From the NCBI GenBank assembly GCA_963804995.1, contig CAWDSK010000005.1:1254457-1318456 (forward strand): a stretch of 64,000 bases of DNA. The letters are read 5' to 3'. A program made the translations under genes and the position numbers. Below are positions 10,689-21,370 of the stretch, piece after piece. Each line of letters opens with the position of its first letter. Within the stretch, counting starts at the first letter, position 1. The notes below the pieces were generated by a model that saw nothing but the letters and a program-made list of their open reading frames with translations, did no database searches and had not been told where the DNA came from. The stretch comes from an uncultured Acidobacteriota bacterium (lineage in GTDB: Bacteria; Acidobacteriota; Terriglobia; UBA7540).

Positions 10689-13600
10689 ATGAAAACCACG
10701 GACTACTCCGAAGATGCGCTCGTTGAGCAGCCCGCCATTGAGCTGTTTGGCAAACTGCGGTGGGAGACGGCGAACTGTTTCCATGAGTTCGATCACGGCC
10801 CGAGTCCCCTGGGCCGGGACTCAAAAGGCGAGGTCGTCCTGGTTCCCCGCCTGCGGGCCGTGCTTAAGCTCCTCAATCCCAAGCTTCCAGAAGAAGCAAT
10901 CAATCTCGCCATTGAAGAGCTCACCCGTGGCCGCAGCACTATGAGCGCGGCAGCAGCCAACCGTGAAATCTACCGCCTGTTGAAAGACGGCGTAAAGGTA
11001 ACGTACAAAACCGACGACGGCGAAGACTCGAGCGACACGGTAAGGGTGATCGACTGGAATTCTCCCCGCAATAACGACTTCTTTCTCGCTTCCCAATTCT
11101 GGATTATGGGGGAGATGTACGAGCGCCGAGCGGACCTGGTGGGATTCGTCAACGGATTGCCGCTGGTCTTTGTCGAACTCAAAGCCGCTCACAAAGCCGT
11201 GGAGTCAGCCTATCAGAACAACCTGCGCGATTACCGCGACGCCATTCCGCACGTCTTCTGGTACAACGCCGTCACCATTCTCTCCAATGGAAGCGAAAGC
11301 CGCATCGGCAGCATGACGGCGGAATGGGAACACTTTGCCGAATGGAAACGAATCAACGAGGAAGGCGAACAGGGAATCGTGTCGCTCGAGACCATGATCC
11401 GGGGAACGTGCGACAAGGTAAAGCTGCTCGACCTGGTGGAAAATTTTACGGTGTTCGAGGAAAAGGGTGGCGGACTGGCGAAAAAAATCGCCAAGAACCA
11501 CCAGTACCTGGGCGTAAACAATGCCATCCACGCCCTTCTCGCCATCCATAACAACCAAGGTAAGTTAGGGGTCTTCTGGCACACGCAGGGTAGCGGCAAA
11601 AGCGTTTCCATGGTGTTCTTTGCCCAAAAGGTGCTGCGCAAGTTGCCGGGCAACTGGACGTTTGTGATTGTCACTGACCGGAAAGACTTGGACGAGCAGA
11701 TTTACAAGAATTTCGCCAATGTCGGCGCGGTAACCGAAAAGGAGGCCCATGCGGAGAGCGGCAAAGGGCTGCAACGCTTGCTACAGGAGGACCACCGCTA
11801 CGTCTTTACCCTTATTCAGAAGTTTGGGACGGAAAAAGGGCAGAAGTACCCGAAGCTCTCCGACCGTCCCGACATTATCGTAATGACGGATGAGGCGCAT
11901 CGTAGCCAGTACGACACGTTTGCCTTGAACATGCGGAATGCTCTGCCTAATGCTTCGTTTATCGGCTTTACGGGAACGCCGCTGATGAAGGTGGGGGAAG
12001 AAAAGACCCGTGAAGTGTTCGGCGGTTACGTCAGCATTTACAACTATCAGCAGTCGACGGAGGATGGGTCCACCGTTCCCCTCTTCTACGAAAACCGTAT
12101 TCCCGAACTTCAGCTTACCAATCAGGATTTGAATGACGACATCTATGAAGTGGTGGAAGGCGCGGAGCTCGACGAGGACCAGGAAAAGAAGCTGGAACGG
12201 GAATTTGCCCGCCAATACCACCTGATCACGCGCGACGACCGCCTGGAGAAAATTGCCGCCGACCTCGTGGAGCACTTCATGGGCCGGGGCGAGATGGGCA
12301 AGGCCATGGTGGTTTGCATCGATAAGGCGACCGCCGTCAAGATGTACGATAAGGTGCAGAAATATTGGAAGGCGCACCTCGCGAAGCTTCGCGGCGAATT
12401 GGCGCAGGCAAAGCAAAGCGAACGGCCCCTGCTGGAAAATAAAATCCGCTACATGCAGGAAACGGATATGGCCGTGGTGGTGTCGCAGTCGCAAAACGAA
12501 ATCAAAGAGATGAAGAAGAAGGGAGTGAACATTGAACCACACCGCAAGCGCATGGTGAAGGAGGACCTGGACACGGAATTCAAGAAGGACGATAGCATCT
12601 TCCGGATCGTTTTCGTCTGCGCCATGTGGATGACGGGGTTTGACGTGCCCTCCTGCTCCACCATCTATCTCGACAAACCGATGCGCAATCACACCCTGAT
12701 GCAAACCATCGCGCGGGCAAACCGGGTGTTCCGCGATAAGGTGAACGGCTTGATTGTGGATTATGTGGGAGTCTTTCGCGACTTGCAGAAGGCGCTGGCC
12801 ATCTATGCTCCTAGCACCGCCGGCGCTGGCGGTCCGGTGAAGGGCAAATCAGAATTGGTGGCCTTGCTTAAACAGGCCATCGAGGCGGCCACCGCATTCT
12901 GCGAGGGACTGGGAATCAGCGTGAACAGCATTATTGGGGCCCAGGGCTTTTCACGGGTGAAGCTCCTGGACGACGCGGTGGCGGCCATTCTGGTGAATGA
13001 TGAGACAAAACGGAAATACCACTTGCTCACCGAGGATGTGGTGAGGATGACAAAGGCGGTTAAACCCGATCCCGCGATTAATGAGTTTCTGCCCCTCAGC
13101 GTCCTATTTGCCGTAATCGATGAGACGATTCGCTCCAAGAGCAAATCGGCGGACATCTCCACCGTCATGGCAGGCATTGAACAGGTCCTGGACAAGTCGA
13201 TAGCCGCTGAGGGCTATGTGATTGAGGCGGAAACGCCCCTGGACTTGAGCAAGTTGGATGTGGACAAGCTAAAGGCCAGGTTTGCCAAGGGCCGCAAGCA
13301 GATTGAGGCGGAAAAGCTTCGGGGAGCGCTCGAACAGCAAACTTCAGAAGCTGATTAAATTCAATCGCACGCGGATAGATTATCTGGACAAGTTCCAGAA
13401 GATGATCGATGAGTACAACGCTGGAAGTTTGAATATCGAAGAGTTCTTTAAGCAGCTCGTCGCCTTCACCAAGGATTTGAACGAAGAGGAAAAGCGTGGG
13501 ATCGCCGAAAATCTGACCGAGGAAGAGTTGGCCATCTTCGACCTGCTCACCCGGCCGGAAATGAAGTTAAGCAAGAAAGAAGAACAACAGGTCAAAAAGG

Positions 13601-13827
13601 TGGTTAAGGACCTCATTCAAAAACTCAAGACGGAAAGGTTTGTTTTAGACTGGCGAAAACGGCAGCAATCCAGGGCGGCGGTTCGCGTTTGCATTGGAGA
13701 GGTCCTCGACCACCTGCCTCGGGTGTACACGCCTGAGGTTTACCAACAAAAATGTGAGCTGACCTACCAACACGTTTACGATTCGTACTTTGGGTTAGGT
13801 AGTAGCGTATACGAGAACCGGGTATAG
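10689..13827 (+). pseudogene. hsdR: Type I R-M restriction subunit, frameshifted near 13338
   Basis: ADLVGFVNGLPLVFVELK, HTQGSGKS, DEAHRSQ, TGFDVP, QTIARANR; C-terminal domain continues in another frame to 13827. Confidence 0.9.
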
Positions 13828-13993
13828 CAGCAGGCATGGCGCGAACTTGTTCCGTAGGCCCGCGGCCTTCAAGGTTAAATCCTCCCGGTCTCTTCGGCTG
13901 GCAAGCGCACGCGGTCAAAGGTTGCGTGTAGCTACGGTGTCGTTGCGGCGACCTCTTGCGCATGGCCTTTTCTCCCGCCCGAGGCCCCACGGT

Positions 13994-14037
13994 AGCTAAC
14001 AGCTAAAAGCTAACAGCTCTCAGCTTTCAGCTCTCAG
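13994..14037. repeat. Short ~7-bp tandem repeats (AGCTAAC/AGCTCTC-like)
   Basis: agctaacagctaaaagctaacagctctcagctttcagctctcag. Confidence 0.7.
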
Positions 14038-14093
14038 TTTTCTGTTGTAGCGCGGGTGTCCTCACCCGCGTCTGGCCTTTGGCCTTTTGCAGT

Positions 14094-15544
14094 TCAAGCA
14101 TTGGCGTAGCAGAGGGCGGAGGCGAGGGGGAAGGTACAATTCTGGGGCTTCGTTGTAGAGGGTTGGGGAGGCGCGAAGCCGGAGAAATGATCGAGACCCA
14201 GTCCCCGGCCCCAGACCTCGGCGCGCAGTTGATGGATGGCGTGTTGGGTGGAGATGCGGGCAGTGGGGGCAGCGTGGATCCACTTGGGGCGCGGCAGCAG
14301 GCCGTGGCGGGTACGGGCGAAGGCGCGATGGGTAGCGAGGAGCAAGAGGGCATAGGCGGCCACGGTGAAGGCGGGGGCAGACTCGACCGAATGGGGGGAG
14401 CGGACCTGGGCTTGGCCCACTCCCAGCAGAGTTTTTTCATCGCGGAAATTAACTTCAATGTCCCAGCGTTGGAAGTAAGTTGTGATGAGGAGTTGGGGGT
14501 CGAGGTTTTCGTCGGTGCAGAGGAGGAAGGCGGGTTGGCGATAGAGCAGCTTGGAACCTTGGCGCAGACGATAGGCGAGCGGCGCGATGACGACAAGTTG
14601 CAGGAATTGGTGGGCGCCGGCGGCACGCCACAGGAGGCCGGTGCGGCGCTTGAAGCGGAGTTGATGGGGAATGCCGTGATGGGTAAAGGTCAAGGTCTGC
14701 CAGGGAGCATCGTCGGTGCGGACCTGCTCGGGAGTGGGAGCGGGAGGCCCGTAGCAGAGACGGCGACCGCGCGCCTTTTGGGTTTGGGGATCGGGCCGGA
14801 ACAGCAACTGAGCATCTTTGCGGAGCCGGCCGATGGCGGTGGTATGGGGAGGAAGGCGTTTGAGGACGGTGCGGTTGGTGTATCCGCCATCGAAGGCGAC
14901 GAGGAGAAGGCGCGAAGCGGAGGCGGGATCGGAGTCAAGGGCCGCACGCAGATCGTGGATCTGTTCGCTGGCGCGTTGACCGAGGCGGGCAGCGCGCGCT
15001 TGGGTGCGGTACTGCTGCTGCTCGGCGGCGGGGGCCTGCCGGGAAGGCTTGCGGGGCGTGGGGGCATGGCGGAAAGCAATGGGGAGCAAGCGGCAGGAGC
15101 CGTCGGGAGTGGGGAGCGCGAGGGAGGTTTGAAGAAAACGCTGGGCGCGCACGAAGTTGGTTTGAAAGCGCGGGCCCAGCGGGTCGCGGCGCCAAGCCAC
15201 CCCGGGAGTGCGCCGACCGGAACGACGCAACAGCGAGTCATCGAGGAGGGCGCAGACGGGAGCGCCGGGTGCGAGTTCGCTCACCACCGCGCGGCGCACC
15301 ACGGAGAAGAGCGCCTCAACCCGCAGACGGTGCTGGGAGAAGAGCCGGTAACTGGAGGTCCAGTCACGGAACTGCAGGCCGCAAGTGGTGAGCAGACCGG
15401 TCACGGTATGGCGTCCCAGACAAAGCAAGGTGCTCAGCGCGAGGGCTTGGGCGTGCGCGGCAACGCGGCGCTGGCGGAAGCCCGGGAAACATTGGCTCCA
15501 GAGTTGTTCGAGTTCGGCGAGGACGCCGGTAGAGTTTTTTTTAG
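14094..15544 (-). CDS. DDE transposase (OrfB) of copy 2
   Basis: Same motifs as 7945-9395. Confidence 0.82.
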
Positions 15545-15721
15545 CACGGAAGGCGGCGGCGAGGCTCGTCGCAGGGCCAGCAGACCTTTGTTTTCGACGA
15601 ACCATTCGACCGATTCGCCGCGCGCAAACTCCATGGCTTGGGCGAGGGCGGAAGGAAAGTTGATGTACCACTGCTCGCTCGCCTGGCGTTTGATAAGCTG
15701 TACTTTGGTAGGGAACCCCAT
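15434..15721 (-). CDS. IS OrfA (AbrB/MazE-like) of copy 2
   Basis: Identical protein to 9285-9572. Confidence 0.7.
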   Translation of the reverse strand: MGFPTKVQLIKRQASEQWYINFPSALAQAMEFARGESVEWFVENKGLLALRRASPPPSVLKKTLPASSPNSNNSGANVSRASASAALPRTPKPSR

Positions 15722-15880
15722 GAGAAAAGCCTCCTTGAGGAATATCTAGTCATATAACTAGATATCAGAAGACTGGCTTTTCTGCAAGTAAATACTTTCC
15801 GACAGCCTTTATCTAGTTAAAGGCCAAAGTCCAGGCGCGGGTGTCCTCACCCGCGTCTTCGAGGTAACGAGACACGTAAA

Positions 15881-15931
15881 GCGCGGGTGGGGACACCCGT
15901 ATTAAACGCGGGTGGGGACACCCGCGCTACA
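15881..15931 (-). repeat. Two REP-like hairpins, inverted partners of the copy-2 target
   Basis: GCGCGGGTGGGGACACCCG and CGCGGGTGGGGACACCCGCGCTACA. Confidence 0.8.
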
Positions 15932-15959
15932 AGCCCACGGCTCACCGCCGACAGATGGG

Positions 15960-16220
15960 ACCGGGTTTAGGGATTAGGGGCTAGGATTCAGGATAACTCC
16001 TGGCTTCTGGCTCCTGGCTCCCAGCTCCTAGCTTCTAACTCCTGGCTTCTGGCTCCTGGCTTCTATCCCCCAGCCCCGTATCCCGAGTCGCGAATCCCGA
16101 TTCCAGATTCCAGATTTGAGATTGCCAAGTCCCGAATCCCGTATCCCGTGTCCCGTATCCCCAGTCCCGTATCCCGTGTCCCGAACCCCGTATTCCGGCT
16201 CCCGAGCCCTCGCCCCTCGG
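15960..16220. repeat. Degenerate heptamer tandem repeats (CTCCTGG/CTTCTGG, TCCCGTA/TCCCGTG)
   Basis: 7-bp periodicity visible throughout. Confidence 0.8.
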
Positions 16221-16623
16221 ACATTATGACCCACCGGGGTTGTCCCAGAAGTAGCCCATAGCGGGGTGTAGCGAGCGAGGTCCCACCAAAAAGCCCCTAT
16301 GTGGGACTGGCAGTACCCCGCACGGAGATTTCCGGACGCCAGAAGCATTCAGCCGTCGTCACCCACCTGACCGACTTCGCTCGCCCGTGACACACTTCCC
16401 CATATCGGATATCGGCAGGTCTGCGACGCAGGATGAAGTCGAAGAGACTGGGCGAAAGGTTCGCCGCAGGGAGGACTAGGCAGTGCCACCCCTGACTGAT
16501 TGGGACCCGGCCGTGACACACTTCCCCGTATCGGTTATCGGCAGATCGATGCCCGACCCTGAGCTCGCCAATCAAATTGGAATTTGGCAATCGCTCAATC
16601 GCCCGATGAACTGATGAGTCCGC

Positions 16624-17706
16624 CTATCGTTTGATGCGCGCCGATCCACCCTTCATCACGTGCTTCACTTCCTCCAGGGTGATCATGCTGGTGTCGCCGC
16701 GCGTCGATTGCAACAGCGCGCCGTGTGCCGCGCCCATGTCCACTGCTTCCTGCGGGGTCATGCCGCCGAGCAGGGCCAGAACGGTGCCGCTGCAGAAACC
16801 GTCGCCGCCACCCACGCGGTCTTCGATCTCCAGACCTTCGTAGCGTTTCGATTGATAAAACTGGCCCTCGAAGTAGAGGATGGCGGACCAGTTGTTCACG
16901 AGGCCACTCACCACTTCGCGTAGTGTGGTGCCCACGGCCTGGATGTGCGGGTACTTGCCCACCACCTGCTCAACCATGCGCTTGTAGCCTTCAATGGGCA
17001 GCTTCTTCAGCGACTCGTCCACGCCTTCAACTTTGAAGCCCAGAACTTTTTGGAAATCCTCTTCATTGCCGATCAGCACATCAATGAAGGGCACCAGTTC
17101 TTTGGTGACCGCGATAGCTTTCTCACTCGACCAGAGCTTGCTGCGGAAGTTGAGGTCGTAGCTGACCACGGTTCCGGCCGCGTGGGCCGCTTGCATGGAC
17201 TCCTTGGTCACGGCGGCGCTGGAGTCGCTGAGCGCCGTGCAGATGCCGCCCGTGTGATACCACCGCACCCCGCGCCCGAAAATCTTCTTCCAATCGACTT
17301 CGCCCGGCTGGATGTGCGAGGCGGCGGAGTGGCCGCGGTCATACAGAGTCACACTGCCGCGCACGCCGATGCCAACCTCGGTGAAATTCAACCCAATGCG
17401 GTCGGCCTTGCCCACGCCGTCGTAGGGTACCCAGACGACGTCACTGATATCCATTCCTGAGGCGCGAGCGTGGTTGCGGATGAACGCTCCCAGCGGATTC
17501 TCAACCAGGCGCGAGATCCACGAGGTGCGCAGGCCCAAGCGGCTGAGGGCGTAGCTGACGTTGTACTCACCGCCCCCCACCCAGGCTTCAAAATACGGTG
17601 TCAGCTCGATTCGTTGGTGGCCCGGCGGGCTCAGGCGAATCATGCACTCGCCGAAAGTCAGGACATCCAGTTGGCATTCGCTTGCGGCTTTCAGTTTCAA
17701 AGGCAT
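16624..17706 (-). CDS. kdgK: PfkB-family sugar kinase, 2-dehydro-3-deoxygluconokinase-like
   Basis: GGGEYNV, YDLNFRSKLW, GNEED, DRVGGGDGF. Confidence 0.85.
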   Translation of the reverse strand: MPLKLKAASECQLDVLTFGECMIRLSPPGHQRIELTPYFEAWVGGGEYNVSYALSRLGLRTSWISRLVENPLGAFIRNHARASGMDISDVVWVPYDGVGKADRIGLNFTEVGIGVRGSVTLYDRGHSAASHIQPGEVDWKKIFGRGVRWYHTGGICTALSDSSAAVTKESMQAAHAAGTVVSYDLNFRSKLWSSEKAIAVTKELVPFIDVLIGNEEDFQKVLGFKVEGVDESLKKLPIEGYKRMVEQVVGKYPHIQAVGTTLREVVSGLVNNWSAILYFEGQFYQSKRYEGLEIEDRVGGGDGFCSGTVLALLGGMTPQEAVDMGAAHGALLQSTRGDTSMITLEEVKHVMKGGSARIKR

Positions 17707-17878
17707 GAAAAATCCTCCATCCAGGAATTATGGCGTAAAAGAATGCTCCAGCGGGGAAGTGGATTCAAGACAAGACTGCGAGGAATCCTACGCCTTTCCC
17801 GCGCAGAATTGAATAGCACAATCTCACGAAGTTGAGAAGCCACTCGCACGCGGATCCCGCACGCCGGGGCAAAGCATC

Positions 17879-18811
17879 TCATGAGGTCGGGATGTAGTTC
17901 TGCACCTGTTTCTTAGCCACCCTCGCCATCACCCATTTGTCGACAGCCAATATGGCGGTCAGGAAGATCACGACCACCACGGCTGAAGCCGCATCGGGCG
18001 GCGCCTCACCCGGGCTCGTGTCCGGCTTGGTAATCCCCAGGGCGACCAGAATCCAAAAGACCATCGCGAAAAACACGATGGCTTCCACCAGGAAATGGGC
18101 GAGTCCGAGGAACGGGTGGCCGGTGTAGAAGAAGCCACCACCGGGAATCAGGATGGAGCGCCATAGCGCTTGCTTCTCGTCTTTGAAAGTGAGGCGGCAC
18201 CTGGGGCATTCGTAGACACTCGGCGTGAGCACCGCGCGGCACTCCGGACAGACGCTGGTTACGGACAACGCGGGAGAGGTCTCGCTGGTCGCAGAGGGAA
18301 GCAGCGCCTCCAGCAGAACCTTAATCTTATTCGAGTCGTCCCGGATCATGCCCCAATAGACTTCCTTTTTGCCGTTGCGATACTTGATGTCAAGCTTGGC
18401 GGCCAGCCATCCCTTTACCTTGGCCTCTTCCATGTCGCCCCAGCGGGCGCTGCGCACCCCTCTTTTCCAAGTGCCATTGGATTGCACAAACAATTGCAGG
18501 AGTCGCCGATTGGTCAAGACGAGCATGGAGGGAGGAGCCAGGTAATAGGCATGCCATCCCAGAAAGTAGCGCTCAACGCCAGCCAGCATGATCTGGCCGC
18601 GGGCGATATACAGGACCGCCTCTTCGGGTTCCAGGAATTTACGTAGGGGCTCCTGCAGCTTATCGATGGCCTGCTCCGCGCGCTTGCGGATGCCCTTCTT
18701 CTCACCCCCCTTGGAGTTCGTAAACGCGGTGTCCTCCCGCACTAGCACGCCGAAGTGGGAGGAAAGCCGCACGGGCTGCTCGGTGTGTACAGGAATCTGG
18801 GCACTGGGCAC
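17879..18811 (-). CDS. Hypothetical membrane protein (PH-like N-terminus, zinc ribbon, TM helices)
   Basis: CPEC..CPRC, hydrophobic C-terminal segments, GAGGT RBS. Confidence 0.7.
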   Translation of the reverse strand: MPSAQIPVHTEQPVRLSSHFGVLVREDTAFTNSKGGEKKGIRKRAEQAIDKLQEPLRKFLEPEEAVLYIARGQIMLAGVERYFLGWHAYYLAPPSMLVLTNRRLLQLFVQSNGTWKRGVRSARWGDMEEAKVKGWLAAKLDIKYRNGKKEVYWGMIRDDSNKIKVLLEALLPSATSETSPALSVTSVCPECRAVLTPSVYECPRCRLTFKDEKQALWRSILIPGGGFFYTGHPFLGLAHFLVEAIVFFAMVFWILVALGITKPDTSPGEAPPDAASAVVVVIFLTAILAVDKWVMARVAKKQVQNYIPTS

Positions 18812-18938
18812 ATGTCACCTCTCGAAACGGAGGATAGGAAAATACCGGGATGAACCGCATTCTATTTCGAAGCGGATAGCACCGCAATGATGATTGTGAC
18901 CGGTTGTAGGGGCGCTTCGGGACCTGTCCCGCTGGCTG

Positions 18939-18968
18939 GCGCAGACCCTTGTTTTTGAGGGTCTGCGC
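18939..18968. repeat. REP-like hairpin GCGCAGACCC..GGGTCTGCGC
   Basis: 10-bp stem; same family as the intron target hairpin. Confidence 0.7.
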
Positions 18969-19127
18969 TGCCCTGAAGGGGCAGGCAAGATCTGGCAACT
19001 CGATGAATCAGGCCAGGACTGTAAGTGCGCTTCTGGAACGGAATGCCGCTGAAGAATCTATACTTGAGAATGACTTGCCGGAAAGTGTCCATTTGGGACA
19101 TCGCAGACCCCAACGTGCAGGGGTCTG

Positions 19128-21040
19128 GTGCGCCGGGATAAACCGGCAGAAAGCAGAGAATGAAAATTTCTCACGAGGAAGGAGCAGCGATCCACTCGGC
19201 CCCGAGTTTTGCGCTGGGCGTCGTGAGGCGCACGGTGAAGCGTAAACAGGGGAATAGGTGGGCTGGGTATTGAGCTTCGAAAATGTCCAATCAGGACGCC
19301 GACGTTTTCAGACTAAACGGAAGGCAACATGAGGCCGGGACGCCAACGCGAGTTCCGGCACAGTCCTGCGTAGTCGTAGACCCCAGACACGCCTAGACAC
19401 TTTCTGCACGAGAACCGGGAGACCTCGGAGGCGCCGGCCGCCGTAGATCGTGGCCGGACGGCGGGAAAAGGCGATGGCCGTACAGCCCGCCTGCACGCTT
19501 TCGAGGAGTCGGACAGCGGAACAGTACCGATGAATCATTTGAACAAAGACGGGAAGCCGTTGGCGGAGAATGAGGAGGGAAGGCCGCTGATCAAGGAGAA
19601 CACCCGTTGGCCTAACACGCACCCGACACAGAGCGGGGCACGCGTGTCCCAGGGACTCGCGGGTGTGCGGAAAGCCGCGAAGGAACACAGGGAGATGAAG
19701 TTCACGGCCTTGCTCCACCACTTAACGGTCGATCTGCTGCGGGAAAGCTTTTACGCCTTGAAGCGAAAAGCTGCACCGGGAGTAGACGGCATGACGTGGC
19801 AGGAGTATGAAAGCGGGCTGGAAGGTCGACTCGTCGATCTGCACAGCCGGGTCCACCGTGGAGCATTCCGAGCGAAGCCCTCGCGAAGGGCGTATATCCC
19901 GAAAGGCGACGGGCGGCAACGTCCGTTGGGGGTTGCGGCACTGGAGGACAAGATCGTCCAACAGGCCGTGGTCACCATCCTCAATGCGATTTACGAGGAA
20001 GACTTTCTGGGCTTCTCGTATGGCTTTCGACCGGGATGCAGCCAGCATCAAGCGCTGGACGCGCTCTCGTACGCGCTCACGGTGAAGCACGTGAACTACG
20101 TTCTTGACGCGGACATTCGTGGATTTTTCGATTCGATATCCCACGAATGGATGCTCAAGTTCGTGCAGCATCGCGTCGCCGACCCCCGGATTCTCCGGCT
20201 CATCCAGAAATGGCTGAAAGCCGGGGTGAGGGAGGAAGGCGAATGGTCGGAGACGGAGATGGGTACGCCACAAGGGGCGGTGGTCTCGCCCCTGCTGGCG
20301 AATATCTATCTGCACTACGTCTTTGACCTGTGGGTGCAGGCGTGGCGCAAGAAGCACGCCCGGGGAGACGTGGTCGTGGTGCGGTATGCCGACGATACGG
20401 TCCTTGGATTCCAATCGCAGACGGAAGCCGACCGCTTTCTGGAGGATTTCCGGGAGCGGGTGGGGAAGTTTGGATTGGAACTGCATCCTGACAAAACGCG
20501 CCGGATCGAGTTCGGGCCGTTTGCCGAACTTTACCGGAAACGGAGAGGAGAAGGTAAGCCGGAGACGTTCGACTTTCTGGGCTTCACGCATATCAGCGGG
20601 AAGAACCGGAGGGGGCAATTTACCGTGAAGCGGAAGACGATCAGCAAGCGCCTGCGGGGGAAGTTGCAGGAACTCAAGCAACAACTCCGGCAGCGTCGGC
20701 ACGATCCCATCGCGGATACGGGTAAATGGCTCCGGTCGGTCGTGCAAGGCTACTTCAACTATCACGCGGTACCGGGAAACCTCGACCGCCTGCGAATCTT
20801 TCGGGAACGGTTGACCCGACTGTGGCGAACACAACTGCGTCAACGCAGTCAACGCCACCGCCTCAACTGGGACCGACTGGGGAAGCTTGCGGCCTGCTGG
20901 TTGCCTGCTCCGCACGTTGTGCATCCTTGGCCATCCCAACGGTTCGCCGCCACACATCCGAGATAAGAGCCGTATGCGCTAACCAGCGCACGTACGGATC
21001 CGTGCGGGGGGTACCGGGTAACCGGTATCCCTACCGCAAC
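19128..21040 (+). mobile_element. Group II intron with RT/maturase ORF
   Basis: 5' GTGCG at 19128; domain V GAGCCGTATGCG..CGCACGTACGGATC at 20967; domain VI ending AAC at 21040; removing it restores a hairpin. Confidence 0.92.
19530..20966 (+). CDS. ltrA: Group II intron reverse transcriptase/maturase (no endonuclease domain)
   Basis: AAPGVDG, RPLG, GTPQG, YADD, FDFLGF, GYFNYH. Confidence 0.96.
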   Translation: MNHLNKDGKPLAENEEGRPLIKENTRWPNTHPTQSGARVSQGLAGVRKAAKEHREMKFTALLHHLTVDLLRESFYALKRKAAPGVDGMTWQEYESGLEGRLVDLHSRVHRGAFRAKPSRRAYIPKGDGRQRPLGVAALEDKIVQQAVVTILNAIYEEDFLGFSYGFRPGCSQHQALDALSYALTVKHVNYVLDADIRGFFDSISHEWMLKFVQHRVADPRILRLIQKWLKAGVREEGEWSETEMGTPQGAVVSPLLANIYLHYVFDLWVQAWRKKHARGDVVVVRYADDTVLGFQSQTEADRFLEDFRERVGKFGLELHPDKTRRIEFGPFAELYRKRRGEGKPETFDFLGFTHISGKNRRGQFTVKRKTISKRLRGKLQELKQQLRQRRHDPIADTGKWLRSVVQGYFNYHAVPGNLDRLRIFRERLTRLWRTQLRQRSQRHRLNWDRLGKLAACWLPAPHVVHPWPSQRFAATHPR

Positions 21041-21370
21041 CGCCAGCCTCCGGGTGGAATCCTCTTTACGGAATCATTGTCATGACCGACGTAGTGGCGC
21101 GCGACCTGTCCCGAACTGATCGCGAAGCATCGTGGCGAAAACCTGACAGATGCGACAAACTTACCCAGGTGTCAGATGATTCCCAAAACTTTGCACCCCA
21201 AAGCGGTAACTTTTAGTTAGAATGGTGGGCCCGAGTTTGAAGTTCGGGAGTGGTACGATCCTGCTGATACGCTTTCGGCCCCGGAAGGGTTGGAGGCGGG
21301 CCCGTTCTGCAAGCGAGCCCCGCGTTGGACAAGTACCCGAAGCGCTCCAACAAATTTGCCAGGAGGTAAT

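Larger units (their letters stand above)
14072..15834 (-). mobile_element. Unclassified DDE insertion sequence, copy 2
   Basis: Offset 6149 bp from copy 1; one visible amino-acid change (N->D); own 22-bp direct repeats at 14050-14071 and 15835-15856. Confidence 0.92.

Noticed and set aside
7861..15749. Long plus-strand ORFs (579 and 556 aa) over the IS copies
   Set aside because: Antisense shadows of the transposase in GC-rich DNA, with no motifs
7923..15834. Composite transposon carrying hsdR
   Set aside because: Each IS has its own matched 22-bp duplication, indicating independent insertions
19025..19030. Alternative intron 5' end GTGCGC
   Set aside because: Only 19128 restores the exon hairpin and matches EBS1
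19530..20966. Retron, DGR or defence-associated RT
   Set aside because: Has a maturase domain and complete intron RNA ends (GTGCG, domains V and VI)
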